Shown here: positions 12,020 through 22,115 of the stretch, in pieces
How positions within the stretch are numbered: position 1 is the stretch's first letter
Layout of the letters: each line of letters begins with the position of its first letter
Assembly: GCA_947624785.1 (NCBI GenBank)
Contig: CANQLV010000012.1
Coordinates: 992 to 64,991, forward strand
Direction: 5' to 3'
Source: Akkermansia muciniphila
GTDB taxonomy: Bacteria; Verrucomicrobiota; Verrucomicrobiia; Verrucomicrobiales; Akkermansiaceae
Length of the DNA stretch: 64,000 nt
Notes under the pieces: generated by a model
Told to the model about the DNA's origin: nothing
Seen by the model: the letters and a program-made list of their open reading frames with translations, nothing else
Database searches by the model: none
Program-made: the position numbers and the translations under genes

Positions 12020-13003
12020 TCAGCGGCGGCTTCCTGAAAAACCGCCGCGGGGGTCCGGCTTGGCCTGGGGCTCGTTCGGGTTCCGGTACCGCAGGATGCC
12101 GTAGTCCCTCAGGTTGCGGATGAATTCCTGGGCATTGGCGCGGAAGCGCGCATCGTACATGAGCAGCCCCAGGAAGCCCTGGTTTTTGCGCGCGTCCGCC
12201 GTGACGGAGGCGATTTGCTCGGATGCCTTGCGCAGGGCGGTCAGCGTGGGGGGGATTTCCTTGATGGCGGGGTCCAGGCTGTTGAGCTTTTCTTCCGCTC
12301 CGGCAATGATTCTGCGGGCGTCGCTGACGGTGTCCTTCATGGCCGCCATCGTCGCGGGAAGTTGTTCGCCCGCTTTGTTCATTTGAGACAGCACGCTGTT
12401 GAGGTGCCGGAGGTTTTCCCGGCTCAGGATGCCTTCATTGATCAGCTTGGTGGTCTGGGCAAGCCCCTTGGCCGCTTCCCCGATGTTGAGGATGGCCTGG
12501 TCAATGTTGTCCGAATTCTTTTCAATCTGCTTGAGGATTTTCAGTATTTCCTCCGTGGCGCCCACGGCGTTGTTCTTGATTTTGCTGAAATCGCTTTCAG
12601 GCTGCCCGATGATGGTGGCGTGGGGCGGGATGTATTCGTGCGTGGGGCGCGCCGGGGGGACGATGTCGATGTACTTGTCCCCCAGGATGTTTTGCATGTC
12701 CACGCGGAAGACGGAGCCTTCCTGGATTTTAACGTCGCTCAGGATGCTGGCTTCCAGCATGACTTCATTGCCGGAGGGCAGGAGTTCGGGCGCCTTGGTG
12801 ACCTTTCCCACCGTAACGCCGCCCAGCCGGAGCTGGGAGTCCTTGATGAGGCCCGCCGCGTCCTTGAAAATGATGTTGATGGGGTAGGTTTGCTCCTTGG
12901 AGGTCTTGATGTTGCCGAACCCCAGGATGACGCCGATGATCATCAGGATTCCGGCAATCAGAAAGATGCCCACCCAGGTTTCCGGCTTAAGTTTCTGCTT
13001 CAT
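12020..13003 (-). CDS. mlaD: MCE/MlaD family lipid-transport substrate-binding protein
   Basis: ETWVGIFL TM, F.DAAGL..DSQLRLGGVTVGKV, ILGDKYIDI MCE motifs followed by a helical extension. Confidence 0.9.
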   Translation of the reverse strand: MKQKLKPETWVGIFLIAGILMIIGVILGFGNIKTSKEQTYPINIIFKDAAGLIKDSQLRLGGVTVGKVTKAPELLPSGNEVMLEASILSDVKIQEGSVFRVDMQNILGDKYIDIVPPARPTHEYIPPHATIIGQPESDFSKIKNNAVGATEEILKILKQIEKNSDNIDQAILNIGEAAKGLAQTTKLINEGILSRENLRHLNSVLSQMNKAGEQLPATMAAMKDTVSDARRIIAGAEEKLNSLDPAIKEIPPTLTALRKASEQIASVTADARKNQGFLGLLMYDARFRANAQEFIRNLRDYGILRYRNPNEPQAKPDPRGGFSGSRR

Positions 13004-13021
13004 GGCTCTGTGGTAAGATGG

Positions 13022-13840
13022 TTATTGTTTCCGTTCACGTTCCGCCCGTTCCAGCAGAACCCGTTGAAAGTTTTCATGCCTGCCGGTCAGGGAGGCCCAG
13101 TCTTCCCCGGAATCCCCGTACAGGAACCTTTGCAGGTTTTCATCCCTGGAACGCAGCAGTTCCTCCGGGGTTCCCGTCCAGTAAACCTCCCCGTTCCTGA
13201 GATAGACGATTTTGTCCGCAATGCGGATCACGCTGGGCATGTCATGGGAGACGATGACGGTCGTGATTCCCTTGTCCTTGCATATCTGCCGGATGAGGAA
13301 GCTGATGCTGTCCGTGACGATGGGGTCCAGGCCCGCGGTGGGCTCGTCATACAGCAGGCATTCCGGCGTGGTGACGATGGCCCTAGCTACGGCTACGCGC
13401 TTGATCATGCCTCCGGAGAGGCTGGCCGGCATTTTTTCCTGCTGCCCCAGCAGGTCCACGGAGTCCAGGGCGGCGGAGATGCGCTCGTCCAGCTCCTTTT
13501 CATTCCGGATTCCTTCCTCGCGCAGCGGGAAAGCGACGTTTTCCCCCACGCTGAGGGAGTCGAACAGGGCTCCCTGCTGGAACATGAAGCCGATTTTGCC
13601 GCGGATCTGCTTCTTGATTTTTTCCGGCGCTCCGCTGATGCGCCTGCCGTCTATTTCCACATAGCCGTCCAGCGGGTCCATCAGGCCGTCCAGATGTTTG
13701 AGGATGACGCTTTTTCCGGCTCCTGACCCGCCGATCAGCGCCATCAGCTCTCCCTTTCCCACGTCAAAGCTCACGCCTTTCAGCACTTCCTGGGTACCGA
13801 AGCTTTGTTTGAGCTGGTGGACGCGGATGAATGGCTGCAT
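13022..13840 (-). CDS. mlaF: MlaF/Mkl family ABC transporter ATP-binding protein
   Basis: GGSGAGKS, FQQGALFDSL, LSGGMIKRV, YDEPTAGLDP, VSHD. Confidence 0.93.
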   Translation of the reverse strand: MQPFIRVHQLKQSFGTQEVLKGVSFDVGKGELMALIGGSGAGKSVILKHLDGLMDPLDGYVEIDGRRISGAPEKIKKQIRGKIGFMFQQGALFDSLSVGENVAFPLREEGIRNEKELDERISAALDSVDLLGQQEKMPASLSGGMIKRVAVARAIVTTPECLLYDEPTAGLDPIVTDSISFLIRQICKDKGITTVIVSHDMPSVIRIADKIVYLRNGEVYWTGTPEELLRSRDENLQRFLYGDSGEDWASLTGRHENFQRVLLERAERERKQ

Positions 13841-13855
13841 GGCGGCGCGGAAGGG

Positions 13856-14656
13856 TTATCTCATGAATCCCATGGGGAAGATGGAGTTGAGAATCATGGT
13901 CAGAATGAAGTTGGCGATGAGCAGGGCCACGGAGGCGTACACCATGGCCTGCATGGTGGATTTGCCCACGCCAACGGCCCCGTTCGTGGTATTCAGGCCC
14001 TCCCGGCAGGAGATGGTGGAGATGATGAGGCCGAAGACCAGGGCCTTGACCAGGGCCACGATGATGTCCCCCATGGTGACGAATTTGCTCATGAAGTGCA
14101 TCCAGTAGGCCTGGTCCACGTTAAAGGAGGTGATGCTGACGATGTAGGCGGAGGCGATGCCCACCAGCACGGCTTCCATCATCAGGATGGGCATGGAAAT
14201 GAGCATGGCCTGGATGCGGGGCTTTACCAGGTAGTCCACCGGGTCCACGTTCATGGAGTTAAGGGCGTCTATCTGTTCCGTGACTTTCATGGTTCCGATT
14301 TCCGCCGCCATGGCGGACCCGACGCGGCCCGCAAGCATCAGCCCGGTAATGACGGGCCCCAGTTCCCGGAACATGCCCACGGCGACGACGGCGCCCCCCA
14401 TGGTTTCCATCCTCACCGTCTGGAGCTGGAACAGGGTCTGGGCTTCCAGCACGGCTCCGGTGAACGCGCCGGTGATGATGACCACCGGCTGGGACTGCAC
14501 CCCGATTTTTGCAATTTGCTCCACAAGAACGCGCATCCGGAATTTGCCGGACCACATGCACGCGGTCACTTGGTAAAGCAGCAATCCGATTGACCCCAGG
14601 CGGTCAACCAGCCTTAGAGCGGCGCGGCCGATCATGGTGGCTACATAGAATTGCAT
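13856..14656 (-). CDS. mlaE: MlaE family ABC transporter permease
   Basis: RELGPVITGLMLAGRVGSAMAAEIGTMKVTEQIDAL, GAVGVGKST. Confidence 0.95.
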   Translation of the reverse strand: MQFYVATMIGRAALRLVDRLGSIGLLLYQVTACMWSGKFRMRVLVEQIAKIGVQSQPVVIITGAFTGAVLEAQTLFQLQTVRMETMGGAVVAVGMFRELGPVITGLMLAGRVGSAMAAEIGTMKVTEQIDALNSMNVDPVDYLVKPRIQAMLISMPILMMEAVLVGIASAYIVSITSFNVDQAYWMHFMSKFVTMGDIIVALVKALVFGLIISTISCREGLNTTNGAVGVGKSTMQAMVYASVALLIANFILTMILNSIFPMGFMR

Positions 14657-14731
14657 GGCTTCTACTAATCACTTCTTCCACTTCAAGAGCAAGCGCAATG
14701 TACGCCACGGGAAGAAAAGGAAGGCGCCGCG

Positions 14732-16144
14732 TCAATCCGTCAGCCGGTGGACGTAAGGCGTTTCCGGTGCGCCGGGAATGGAGCGCAGCATGAGGCGCGG
14801 CGGCAGTTTCCGGCGCATCCATTCGGAGGCGCGGGCCCGGCGCTGCAAGCGGCGGATTTCAGGCTCCGATTCCGGGAACAGGTCTGCAAGCGGCGTGGCG
14901 GATTCATGCGCGCGGTGCAGGCGGATGAGGAGGCTGTCACGCATGGCCGCATCCGGCGCGGGGAAAAGGAGGCCGGGGAACAGGTCCGCCAGTTCCGTTT
15001 CATATAAATCCCCCAGCGGCATGAAATCGGCGGCCAGGGCCGGCGGAAGAAGGCGGGGAGCGGTCATGATATCCGTTCCGGTCAGGGCGGAAAGCGCCAG
15101 GGCGCCTTCCTCCTGGGCCCATTGGCGCATGAGCCATGCGGCCGTGAACGGGTCGTCCAGTCCTCCGGCCGCCGCATTTGCGGAAAAAGGCAGCATCCGG
15201 GCCTGAATGCCCAGCCTGTCCGCACAGGCTTGCGCCCGGGCCGTGTCCTGTTCCGGAACGCCGGGGAGGCGGGGGATGAAGCCCGTTACGGGCAGGGACG
15301 GCAGTTCCTCTTTTAACAGTCGGGCCAGCAGGAGGGAAGCGGAGCTTTCCAGCAGGTTCAGGCAGGCGGCGCCGTGCCCGCTTTTCAGGATGAAGTCCGC
15401 CGTGCCTTTCCGGAGGGCGTGCCGGAGCTGTTCTTCCGGAGCGGGCAGCGGAGAAGGTTCCTCCGTGGAATTTTCCGGAGAAATGACGGCGGAATCCCGT
15501 TCAAAAAGGCGCAGCCGTTTGAGCAGAATCCCGTGGGCGGCCCACGCGGAAGACGCGCCGGGTAACATACACGGGCCTTCTCCCCCGGCCAGGCGGGCGG
15601 TAAGGACCGGCAGCCCTGTTTCCCGCGCCAGCCGGCAGGCTTCCTCCTCATCCTGCTCCAGCAGTCCTTCATGCCACGCGCCGGAATGGGTGCGGAGCAA
15701 GAGGCAGGGGACGGAAGAGGAGGCCGGGGAAGATTCCGGCCATGAAATGATGGAAAAACCCGCTTCATCCGCCGTCCGGCAGATGCCGAAAACGGGAACG
15801 GCCTCCGTTCCGTGTGCGGCTGGGGAAATAACGGCTTGCCGTGGAAAGGAAAGGCCGTTCCGGAGCACGTGGAAGCGGAGGCCGTCCGCTTCCGCCGCTG
15901 CCAGCAGCAGGGGGACGTCCGCTATTTCCCGGGCCAGGTAGGCCTGGGCCGCCTTGTGCTGGGACCGGAAACCGCTGCGCAGGGCCAGTTCCCCGGTGTG
16001 CGCGCCGCTGAGGGCCAGCGGCGGACAAAGAACGAGCTCCGCCCCGCCGTCCAGGCAGGAACGGTACAGTTCCACGATGGTTCTGAGGTTCCCGGGGAAA
16101 TGGCCGGGAATGGTTTCCGGCTGGATTAAACCTGTCTTCAGCAT
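14732..16144 (-). CDS. Glutamine-dependent NAD+ synthetase-like protein (nitrilase + NAD synthase domains), catalytic motifs degenerate
   Basis: Aligns by eye with NadE throughout: MLKTGLIQPETIPGHFPGN..GAELVLCPPLALSG, ALRKGTADFILKSG..., FMPLGDLYETEL, ASEWMRRKLPP. PE, ICED and SGGxDS are replaced. Confidence 0.7.
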   Translation of the reverse strand: MLKTGLIQPETIPGHFPGNLRTIVELYRSCLDGGAELVLCPPLALSGAHTGELALRSGFRSQHKAAQAYLAREIADVPLLLAAAEADGLRFHVLRNGLSFPRQAVISPAAHGTEAVPVFGICRTADEAGFSIISWPESSPASSSVPCLLLRTHSGAWHEGLLEQDEEEACRLARETGLPVLTARLAGGEGPCMLPGASSAWAAHGILLKRLRLFERDSAVISPENSTEEPSPLPAPEEQLRHALRKGTADFILKSGHGAACLNLLESSASLLLARLLKEELPSLPVTGFIPRLPGVPEQDTARAQACADRLGIQARMLPFSANAAAGGLDDPFTAAWLMRQWAQEEGALALSALTGTDIMTAPRLLPPALAADFMPLGDLYETELADLFPGLLFPAPDAAMRDSLLIRLHRAHESATPLADLFPESEPEIRRLQRRARASEWMRRKLPPRLMLRSIPGAPETPYVHRLTD

Positions 16145-16322
16145 GCGCCTGCAGGGTAGACCATTCCGGGAAGGCGGGCAAGCCGGGATGCCCGGCGGCT
16201 TTCCCTCCGGGCGTTTCCTGAGGAGTTTTTATCGCAAGGAGCTTGTCATCCGCGGTCTTCATGGTATGATCTGCTCCGATTGCGCGCCGTCCGTTCCCGG
16301 GCGCATCAATCCGGAATTACTT

Positions 16323-18173
16323 ATGAGGAAACAGTCAACAGAGGGGCAGGAATCCTCCATCCAGCGCGCCGTGGCGTTATGGCGCGAATATCTTCTCCCC
16401 TATAAGGGCACGCTGGTGTGGGCTGTGATCGGCGGTATGGTGGCCGCTGTTTCCAGCGGCTTCGGCATACCGGTGATTTTGCAGGAAATGTTCCCCGTGA
16501 TCTTTGACGGGAAGCCGCTGCCTCCGTGGGCGGAGCGCGTGCTCCTCTGGTACGTGAGTCCGGAAAACCTGCCCTGGGTGACGGTGTGGGCCACGGCGGC
16601 CATGCTCCCGATGGTGGTGGTGGTACGCGGCCTCTCCTCCTTCGTCAATGTCTACCTGCTTTCCAAAATAGGGCTGGGCGTGCTGGAAACGCTGCGGCTC
16701 AAGGTGTACAGAAAATACCAGGATTTGTCCCTGGCCTTTCACGACCGCCAGCAGAAGGGAGACCTGCTGAGCCGCCTGATGCAGGACACGCAGTTCCTGC
16801 AGGGCGGCCTGGTGCAGATTGCCAATGACCTGATTATCCAGCCCCTCACCCTTCTGGCCGCGCTGGGATTCCTGATTTACAGGGCCTCCGTCAGCCAGCA
16901 GTTTCTTATTTTGCTGGCGAACATGCTTCTGGTGGGCGTCTGCGTGATTCCCATCCGCTACATCGGCAAGAAAATGCTCGCCCGCGCCCGGGTGGTTCAG
17001 TCCAGCCAGGGGGACCTTTCCTCCACGCTTCAGGAAAATTTTTCCTCCCAGCGGGACATCCGGGCCTTTGAGCTGGAAGAGCAGCAGACAAGGCTGTTCA
17101 GAAGCAGGATTCACCGTTACATCCAGGCTTCCATCAGTGCGGTCAGGTGGCAGAGCCTGCTGACGCCTTTGATTGAATTCGTCAGCGCCATCGCCATGGC
17201 GGCCACTCTCTTTGTCGGCAACATGAACGGCATGAACATGGGGGACTTCGCCGCGCTGGCTACGGCCATGTACCTTTGCTATGAACCGGTCAAGAAGCTG
17301 GGGGCGGTCCATAACAAGGCGGAAACCCTGAATGCCGGGCTGGAGCGCATCAACCATGTGCTGGACGCTCCGGACGACGTTCCGGAACCGGAAAACCCGA
17401 AGAGTCCGGAAGCCTGGAAGGGGGAAGTGGAGTTCAGCAATGTGTGCTTCGGCTACCAGCAGGACGCCCCCGTCATGAAGAACATTGACATCCGCATCCC
17501 GGCGGGCCAGGTGGTGGCCCTGGTAGGCCCCAGCGGCGCCGGGAAAACGACCTTCATCAATCTGCTGTGCCGTTTTTACGACGTACTTTCCGGCAGCGTG
17601 AAGGTGGACGGCATCGACGTGCGGGAGATGGCCAAGAAGGACCTGCTTTCCCACATCGCGCTGGTTTCCCAGTATCCCGTGCTGTTCCGCGGGTCCGTGG
17701 CGGACAACATCCGCATCGGCCGTCCGGACGCTTCCGACGCGGAGGTGGAGGAAGCCGGGCGCATGTCCGCCGTGGACAGCTTCATCAATGAGACGGGAGA
17801 AGGCTATTCCCGCATGATCGGAGAAATGGGGGAAGGGCTTTCCGGCGGCCAGCGGCAGCGCGTTTCCCTGGCGAGGGCATTTCTGAAAAACGCGCCCATC
17901 CTGGTGCTGGATGAAGCCACGGCTTCCCTGGACATGAAGAGCGAGGAACTCATCCAGAAGGAGATTGAAAAGCTTGCTTCCGGACGCACGGCCTTCATCA
18001 TTGCCCACCGGTTCAGCACCATCCGGATGGCGGATCGAATTCTGGTTCTGGAAAAAGGGAGCGTCATTGCGGATGGCACGCATGAGGAGCTGATGGCCTC
18101 CTCCCCCCTGTACCGGGAACTTTACAACAAGCAGCAGATGGTTGCGGAAGAGGAAGGAGGCGCTTCATGTTAA
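16323..18173 (+). CDS. MsbA-like ABC transporter, fused TMD + NBD (copy 1)
   Basis: Six-TM N-terminal domain, GPSGAGKTT, LSGGQRQR, LDEATASLD, AHRFSTI. Start placed at ATG 16323; the track start at 15954 overlaps the divergent gene. Confidence 0.92.
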   Translation: MRKQSTEGQESSIQRAVALWREYLLPYKGTLVWAVIGGMVAAVSSGFGIPVILQEMFPVIFDGKPLPPWAERVLLWYVSPENLPWVTVWATAAMLPMVVVVRGLSSFVNVYLLSKIGLGVLETLRLKVYRKYQDLSLAFHDRQQKGDLLSRLMQDTQFLQGGLVQIANDLIIQPLTLLAALGFLIYRASVSQQFLILLANMLLVGVCVIPIRYIGKKMLARARVVQSSQGDLSSTLQENFSSQRDIRAFELEEQQTRLFRSRIHRYIQASISAVRWQSLLTPLIEFVSAIAMAATLFVGNMNGMNMGDFAALATAMYLCYEPVKKLGAVHNKAETLNAGLERINHVLDAPDDVPEPENPKSPEAWKGEVEFSNVCFGYQQDAPVMKNIDIRIPAGQVVALVGPSGAGKTTFINLLCRFYDVLSGSVKVDGIDVREMAKKDLLSHIALVSQYPVLFRGSVADNIRIGRPDASDAEVEEAGRMSAVDSFINETGEGYSRMIGEMGEGLSGGQRQRVSLARAFLKNAPILVLDEATASLDMKSEELIQKEIEKLASGRTAFIIAHRFSTIRMADRILVLEKGSVIADGTHEELMASSPLYRELYNKQQMVAEEEGGASC

Positions 18174-19951
18174 AACAGTTTTTTGAATACGCGCGGTATT
18201 TGAAGCCGGTGATGAAGCTGTTCATCGCCGCGCTGGCCGCCGGGGCGCTGGCCGCCGCCGCCAGCGGTTTCGGCTTCCCGCTGATGATTGCCAAGGTGTT
18301 CCCGGTGGTGTTTGACAATACGCAGATTCCCCCGGAGCTTCAGAACATCATCGCCCATCTGGTGGCTCCGGAGCACATGCACACCGCCGTGCTCGTGGCC
18401 GTATGTTCCCTGCTGCCGCTGGTTTTTGCCATCCGGGGCATAGGCACATTCTTCAATGTGTACTGGATCAGCATCGTCAGCATGAAAGTGCTGGAGGAAA
18501 TCAGGCTGGACGCCTTTTCCAAACTGCAAACGCTGCCCCTCTCCTTCATTGACCGCCAGAAACGGGGGGACCTGATCAGCCGCCTCATCAATGACGCGGC
18601 CAACGTGCAGGGGGGGCTGGTAATAGCCGCCAATGACATCATCAAACAGCCCCTTACCCTGCTGACCGCACTCGCCTTTCTGGTGTACAAGGTCTTTGTT
18701 GACCCGAATACGGCGGTGGTGCTGATGAATCTGGGACTGGTTGTGCTGGCGGTATGGCCCATCCGCTTTTTTGGCCGCCGCGTGATGAAAAAGGCCAAGC
18801 AGGCGCAGGACGAGCTGGGCAATATCACGGCCGCCGCCCAGGAAAACCTGGCGTCCCAGCGTGAAATCCGTTCCTACGGCATGCAGGAACAGCAGGTGGG
18901 GCTTTTCCTGGGGCTGATCCAGCGCTTCTTCAAGATCAATCTGAGAACGGTGAAGTACAGGCACTTCCTGGTGCCGGTGCTGGAAATGGTGACGGCGCTG
19001 GGCCTGGGCATTCTGCTGGTGAGGGGCCATGAAATGGGAATCACCAAGGCTGACTTCACGGCCCTGGCGGCGGCCCTCTTCATGTGTTACGACCCCCTCA
19101 AGCGCCTGGGCGTGACGCTGACCAACCTGAAAAGCGCGCATGCCTCCCTGGAACGCATCAACTACCTGCTGAAGGAGCCGGACACCATGCCGGAAGCCGC
19201 CAATCCCGCTCCCCTGGGGCGCGCCTCCGGGCGTCTGGACTATGACGGCGTTTCCTTCTCCTATGACGGCGCACGCAAGGTGCTGGACGGCATTGACGTT
19301 CATATCCGCCCCGGGGAAGTGGTGGGCCTGGTAGGCCCCAGCGGCGCCGGAAAAACCACGTTCGCCAGCCTTCTTCCCAGATTTTACGACGTCAGTTCCG
19401 GATCCCTGCGCATGGACGGCGTGGATGTGAGAGACGCCTCCCTGCACGATGTGCGCAAAAACATCGCCTTCGTTTCCCAGCATCCCGTGCTGTTCCACGG
19501 CACTATCATGGAAAACATCCGGCTGGGGCGGCAGGACGCCACGGATGAGGAAGTGATGGCCGCGGCGCGCGCCGCCGCCGCGGACGGCTTCATCATGGGC
19601 ATGCCGGACGGCTACCAGACCATGCTTGGCGACGGCGGCAGCGGCCTGTCCGGCGGCCAGCGCCAGCGCGTGGCGATCGCCCGCGCCTTCCTGAAAGACG
19701 CCCCCGTCCTGATTCTGGATGAAGCCACCGCCTCCCTGGACGCGGAAAGCGAGGCCCAGATCCAGCAGGAGCTGGACCGCCTGGTGGAAGGAAGGACGGC
19801 TCTCATCGTAGCCCACCGCTTCAGCTCCATCCGCGTGGCGACGCGCATCCTGGTGTTTGAGGGAGGCCGCATCATCGGAGACGGCACCCATGCGGAACTT
19901 TATGCCTCCTGCCCGCTGTACCGGGAATTGTATGACCGCCAGTCTCTCTAG
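18167..19951 (+). CDS. MsbA-like ABC transporter, fused TMD + NBD (copy 2)
   Basis: GPSGAGKTT, LSGGQRQR, LDEATASLD, AHRFSSI; 7-nt overlap with copy 1. Confidence 0.93.
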   Translation: MLKQFFEYARYLKPVMKLFIAALAAGALAAAASGFGFPLMIAKVFPVVFDNTQIPPELQNIIAHLVAPEHMHTAVLVAVCSLLPLVFAIRGIGTFFNVYWISIVSMKVLEEIRLDAFSKLQTLPLSFIDRQKRGDLISRLINDAANVQGGLVIAANDIIKQPLTLLTALAFLVYKVFVDPNTAVVLMNLGLVVLAVWPIRFFGRRVMKKAKQAQDELGNITAAAQENLASQREIRSYGMQEQQVGLFLGLIQRFFKINLRTVKYRHFLVPVLEMVTALGLGILLVRGHEMGITKADFTALAAALFMCYDPLKRLGVTLTNLKSAHASLERINYLLKEPDTMPEAANPAPLGRASGRLDYDGVSFSYDGARKVLDGIDVHIRPGEVVGLVGPSGAGKTTFASLLPRFYDVSSGSLRMDGVDVRDASLHDVRKNIAFVSQHPVLFHGTIMENIRLGRQDATDEEVMAAARAAAADGFIMGMPDGYQTMLGDGGSGLSGGQRQRVAIARAFLKDAPVLILDEATASLDAESEAQIQQELDRLVEGRTALIVAHRFSSIRVATRILVFEGGRIIGDGTHAELYASCPLYRELYDRQSL

Positions 19952-20077
19952 GTGAAAGGAGGACAGGGGCGGAAGGCTTTTCCCGCGTCCGTGCCGGGGC
20001 GCACATGGCGTTTTTTCTCAGGCCATGGTGGAAAGAGCTATTGTCAAACAAGGGCCATGATGTACTATGCCGCCAGC

Positions 20078-22018
20078 ATGAATACACTGGATGAATCCCT
20101 GACGAATGCCGTTAAAGAGGGGAAGCTTTTGGAGTCTTCCCTGACCAATATCCGCCTTCTGCTGGCCGGAACCAAATCCCCCATAGCGGGCGAGGCTGTA
20201 GAGGAACTGGCCGCCGCCGGGGAGTGGCAGGAATTGAATGACCGTTTTTACAAGACCCTGGCCTTCGGTACGGGGGGGCTGCGCGGCCGCACCATCGGCA
20301 GCATCGTGACCCGGGCGGAGCAGGGGAACGGCGGCGTGAACGGCCGCCCGGAATATCCCTGCGTGGGAACCGCCTGCATGAACTACTTCAATGTGGGGCG
20401 CGCGATGCGCGGCCTGATCATTTACGTGAAAAAGCATGTGGAGGCCACGGACCCGGGCAGGAAGCCCCGCCTGGTCATCGGTCATGACACGCGCCACTTC
20501 TCCCGTGACTTTGCCGAATTCTGCGCGAAAATCGGTACGGACCTGGGCTGTGACATTTACCTGTTCGACAGCCCCCGGGCCACCCCTGAAATCTCCTTCG
20601 CCATCCGTGAACTCAATGCGGATTCCGGCGTGGTGCTGACCGCCAGCCACAACCCCTCCCACGACAACGGCTTCAAGGCCTACTTCAACGACGGCGCCCA
20701 GCTTGTGCCTCCGCATGACAAGGCCGTGATTGAGGAAGTCAACTCCCTGGCCTCTGAGGAATACGAACCGCTGCCGGAAGACCGGCGCGGCGCCCTTCAC
20801 GTGCTGGACGCCTCCTTTGACCGCGTCTACATGGACCGCCTGAAAACCGTGCTGCTCCGTCCGGATCTCTTCAGCAAGGGCGGCGCCAAAATCGTTTACT
20901 CCAACCTCCACGGCACGGGCGGCCACATCATCGTGCCCCTGCTGAAGGAACTGGGCTGCAACGTGCAGACCGTGGCGGCGCAGGACGTGCAGGACGGCCG
21001 CTTCCCGACGGTGGCCTCCCCCAACCCGGAAAACCCGCCGGCCCTGGCCCTGGCCATTGAGCAGGCGGACGCTTCCGGCGCGGACATCGTCATCGCCACG
21101 GACCCGGACGCGGACCGCATGGGTGTGGCCGTTCGCGGGGAAGATGGAAAAATGCACCTGCTGACCGGCAACCAGATCGGCTCCCTGCTGGCGTGGTACC
21201 GCTGCATGAGCATGTCCGAGCTGGGCATCGTCAATGACTCCAACCGTTCCCGCGCCGTGATGGTGAAAACCTTTGTGACGACGGGCCTTCAGGACGCCAT
21301 CGGCCACCACTTCGGCTATGAAGTGGTCAACGTGCTCACGGGCTTCAAGTACATCGCCCAGAAGCTCGGCAAATATGAAGAAGCCATTCCTGCGGAAAAG
21401 CGGGAAGGCTACCGGAAGATGAGCGAGGAACAGACGCGCGCCCTGCGCCTGGAATACAGCCGCTACTTCGTCTTCGGCGGGGAGGAAAGCTACGGCTACC
21501 TGGCCCAGGACTTCGTGCGCGACAAGGACGCCAACTCCGCCGCCATCATCTTTGCTGAGCTGGCCGCCTATGCGGAAAGCGCCGGAAAGAGCCTGCTGGA
21601 ACTGCTGCATGAACTCTTTGAACAATTCGGCGTATACCTGGAAATGGGCAAATCCCTGGTCATGGAAGGCGCGGACGGCGCGGCGAAAATCGCCGCCCTC
21701 TCCGCCTCCTATTCCGCCAATCCGCCCACGGAACTGGACGGCGTGGCCGTCAGCGGCATCCGGGACTTTTCCAGGGGTGACATGGTGGATGCGGAGGGCG
21801 ATCCCATCCCGGCGGAAAAAATGATCTTTGTGGATATGGCGGACGGCCGCAGCTTTGCGGTTCGTCCCTCCGGCACGGAACCCAAGATCAAATACTACCT
21901 CTTCGGCCACGGGAAACCGGGCGCTCCGGTGAAGGAAGCCCTGCCGGCGGTCCAGGCCTCCTTGGATTCCCTGTGGGCTGCCGTGGAGAAAGACGCCCGC
22001 GCCCGTTCCAACGGCTAA
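20078..22018 (+). CDS. Phosphoglucomutase/phosphomannomutase (alpha-D-phosphohexomutase)
   Basis: FGTGGLRG, LTASHNP (phosphoserine loop), DPDADR, GGEES, RPSGTEPKIK. Start at MNTLDES is approximate. Confidence 0.95.
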   Translation: MNTLDESLTNAVKEGKLLESSLTNIRLLLAGTKSPIAGEAVEELAAAGEWQELNDRFYKTLAFGTGGLRGRTIGSIVTRAEQGNGGVNGRPEYPCVGTACMNYFNVGRAMRGLIIYVKKHVEATDPGRKPRLVIGHDTRHFSRDFAEFCAKIGTDLGCDIYLFDSPRATPEISFAIRELNADSGVVLTASHNPSHDNGFKAYFNDGAQLVPPHDKAVIEEVNSLASEEYEPLPEDRRGALHVLDASFDRVYMDRLKTVLLRPDLFSKGGAKIVYSNLHGTGGHIIVPLLKELGCNVQTVAAQDVQDGRFPTVASPNPENPPALALAIEQADASGADIVIATDPDADRMGVAVRGEDGKMHLLTGNQIGSLLAWYRCMSMSELGIVNDSNRSRAVMVKTFVTTGLQDAIGHHFGYEVVNVLTGFKYIAQKLGKYEEAIPAEKREGYRKMSEEQTRALRLEYSRYFVFGGEESYGYLAQDFVRDKDANSAAIIFAELAAYAESAGKSLLELLHELFEQFGVYLEMGKSLVMEGADGAAKIAALSASYSANPPTELDGVAVSGIRDFSRGDMVDAEGDPIPAEKMIFVDMADGRSFAVRPSGTEPKIKYYLFGHGKPGAPVKEALPAVQASLDSLWAAVEKDARARSNG

Positions 22019-22115
22019 ATGTTGTTGATTTCTTTCCCCCGTCTACCATGTAATGTGGACGGGGGAAATTTATTTTCTTGCCAAGGAGGCCGGAATTCCG
22101 CAGTTTATAATTCTT

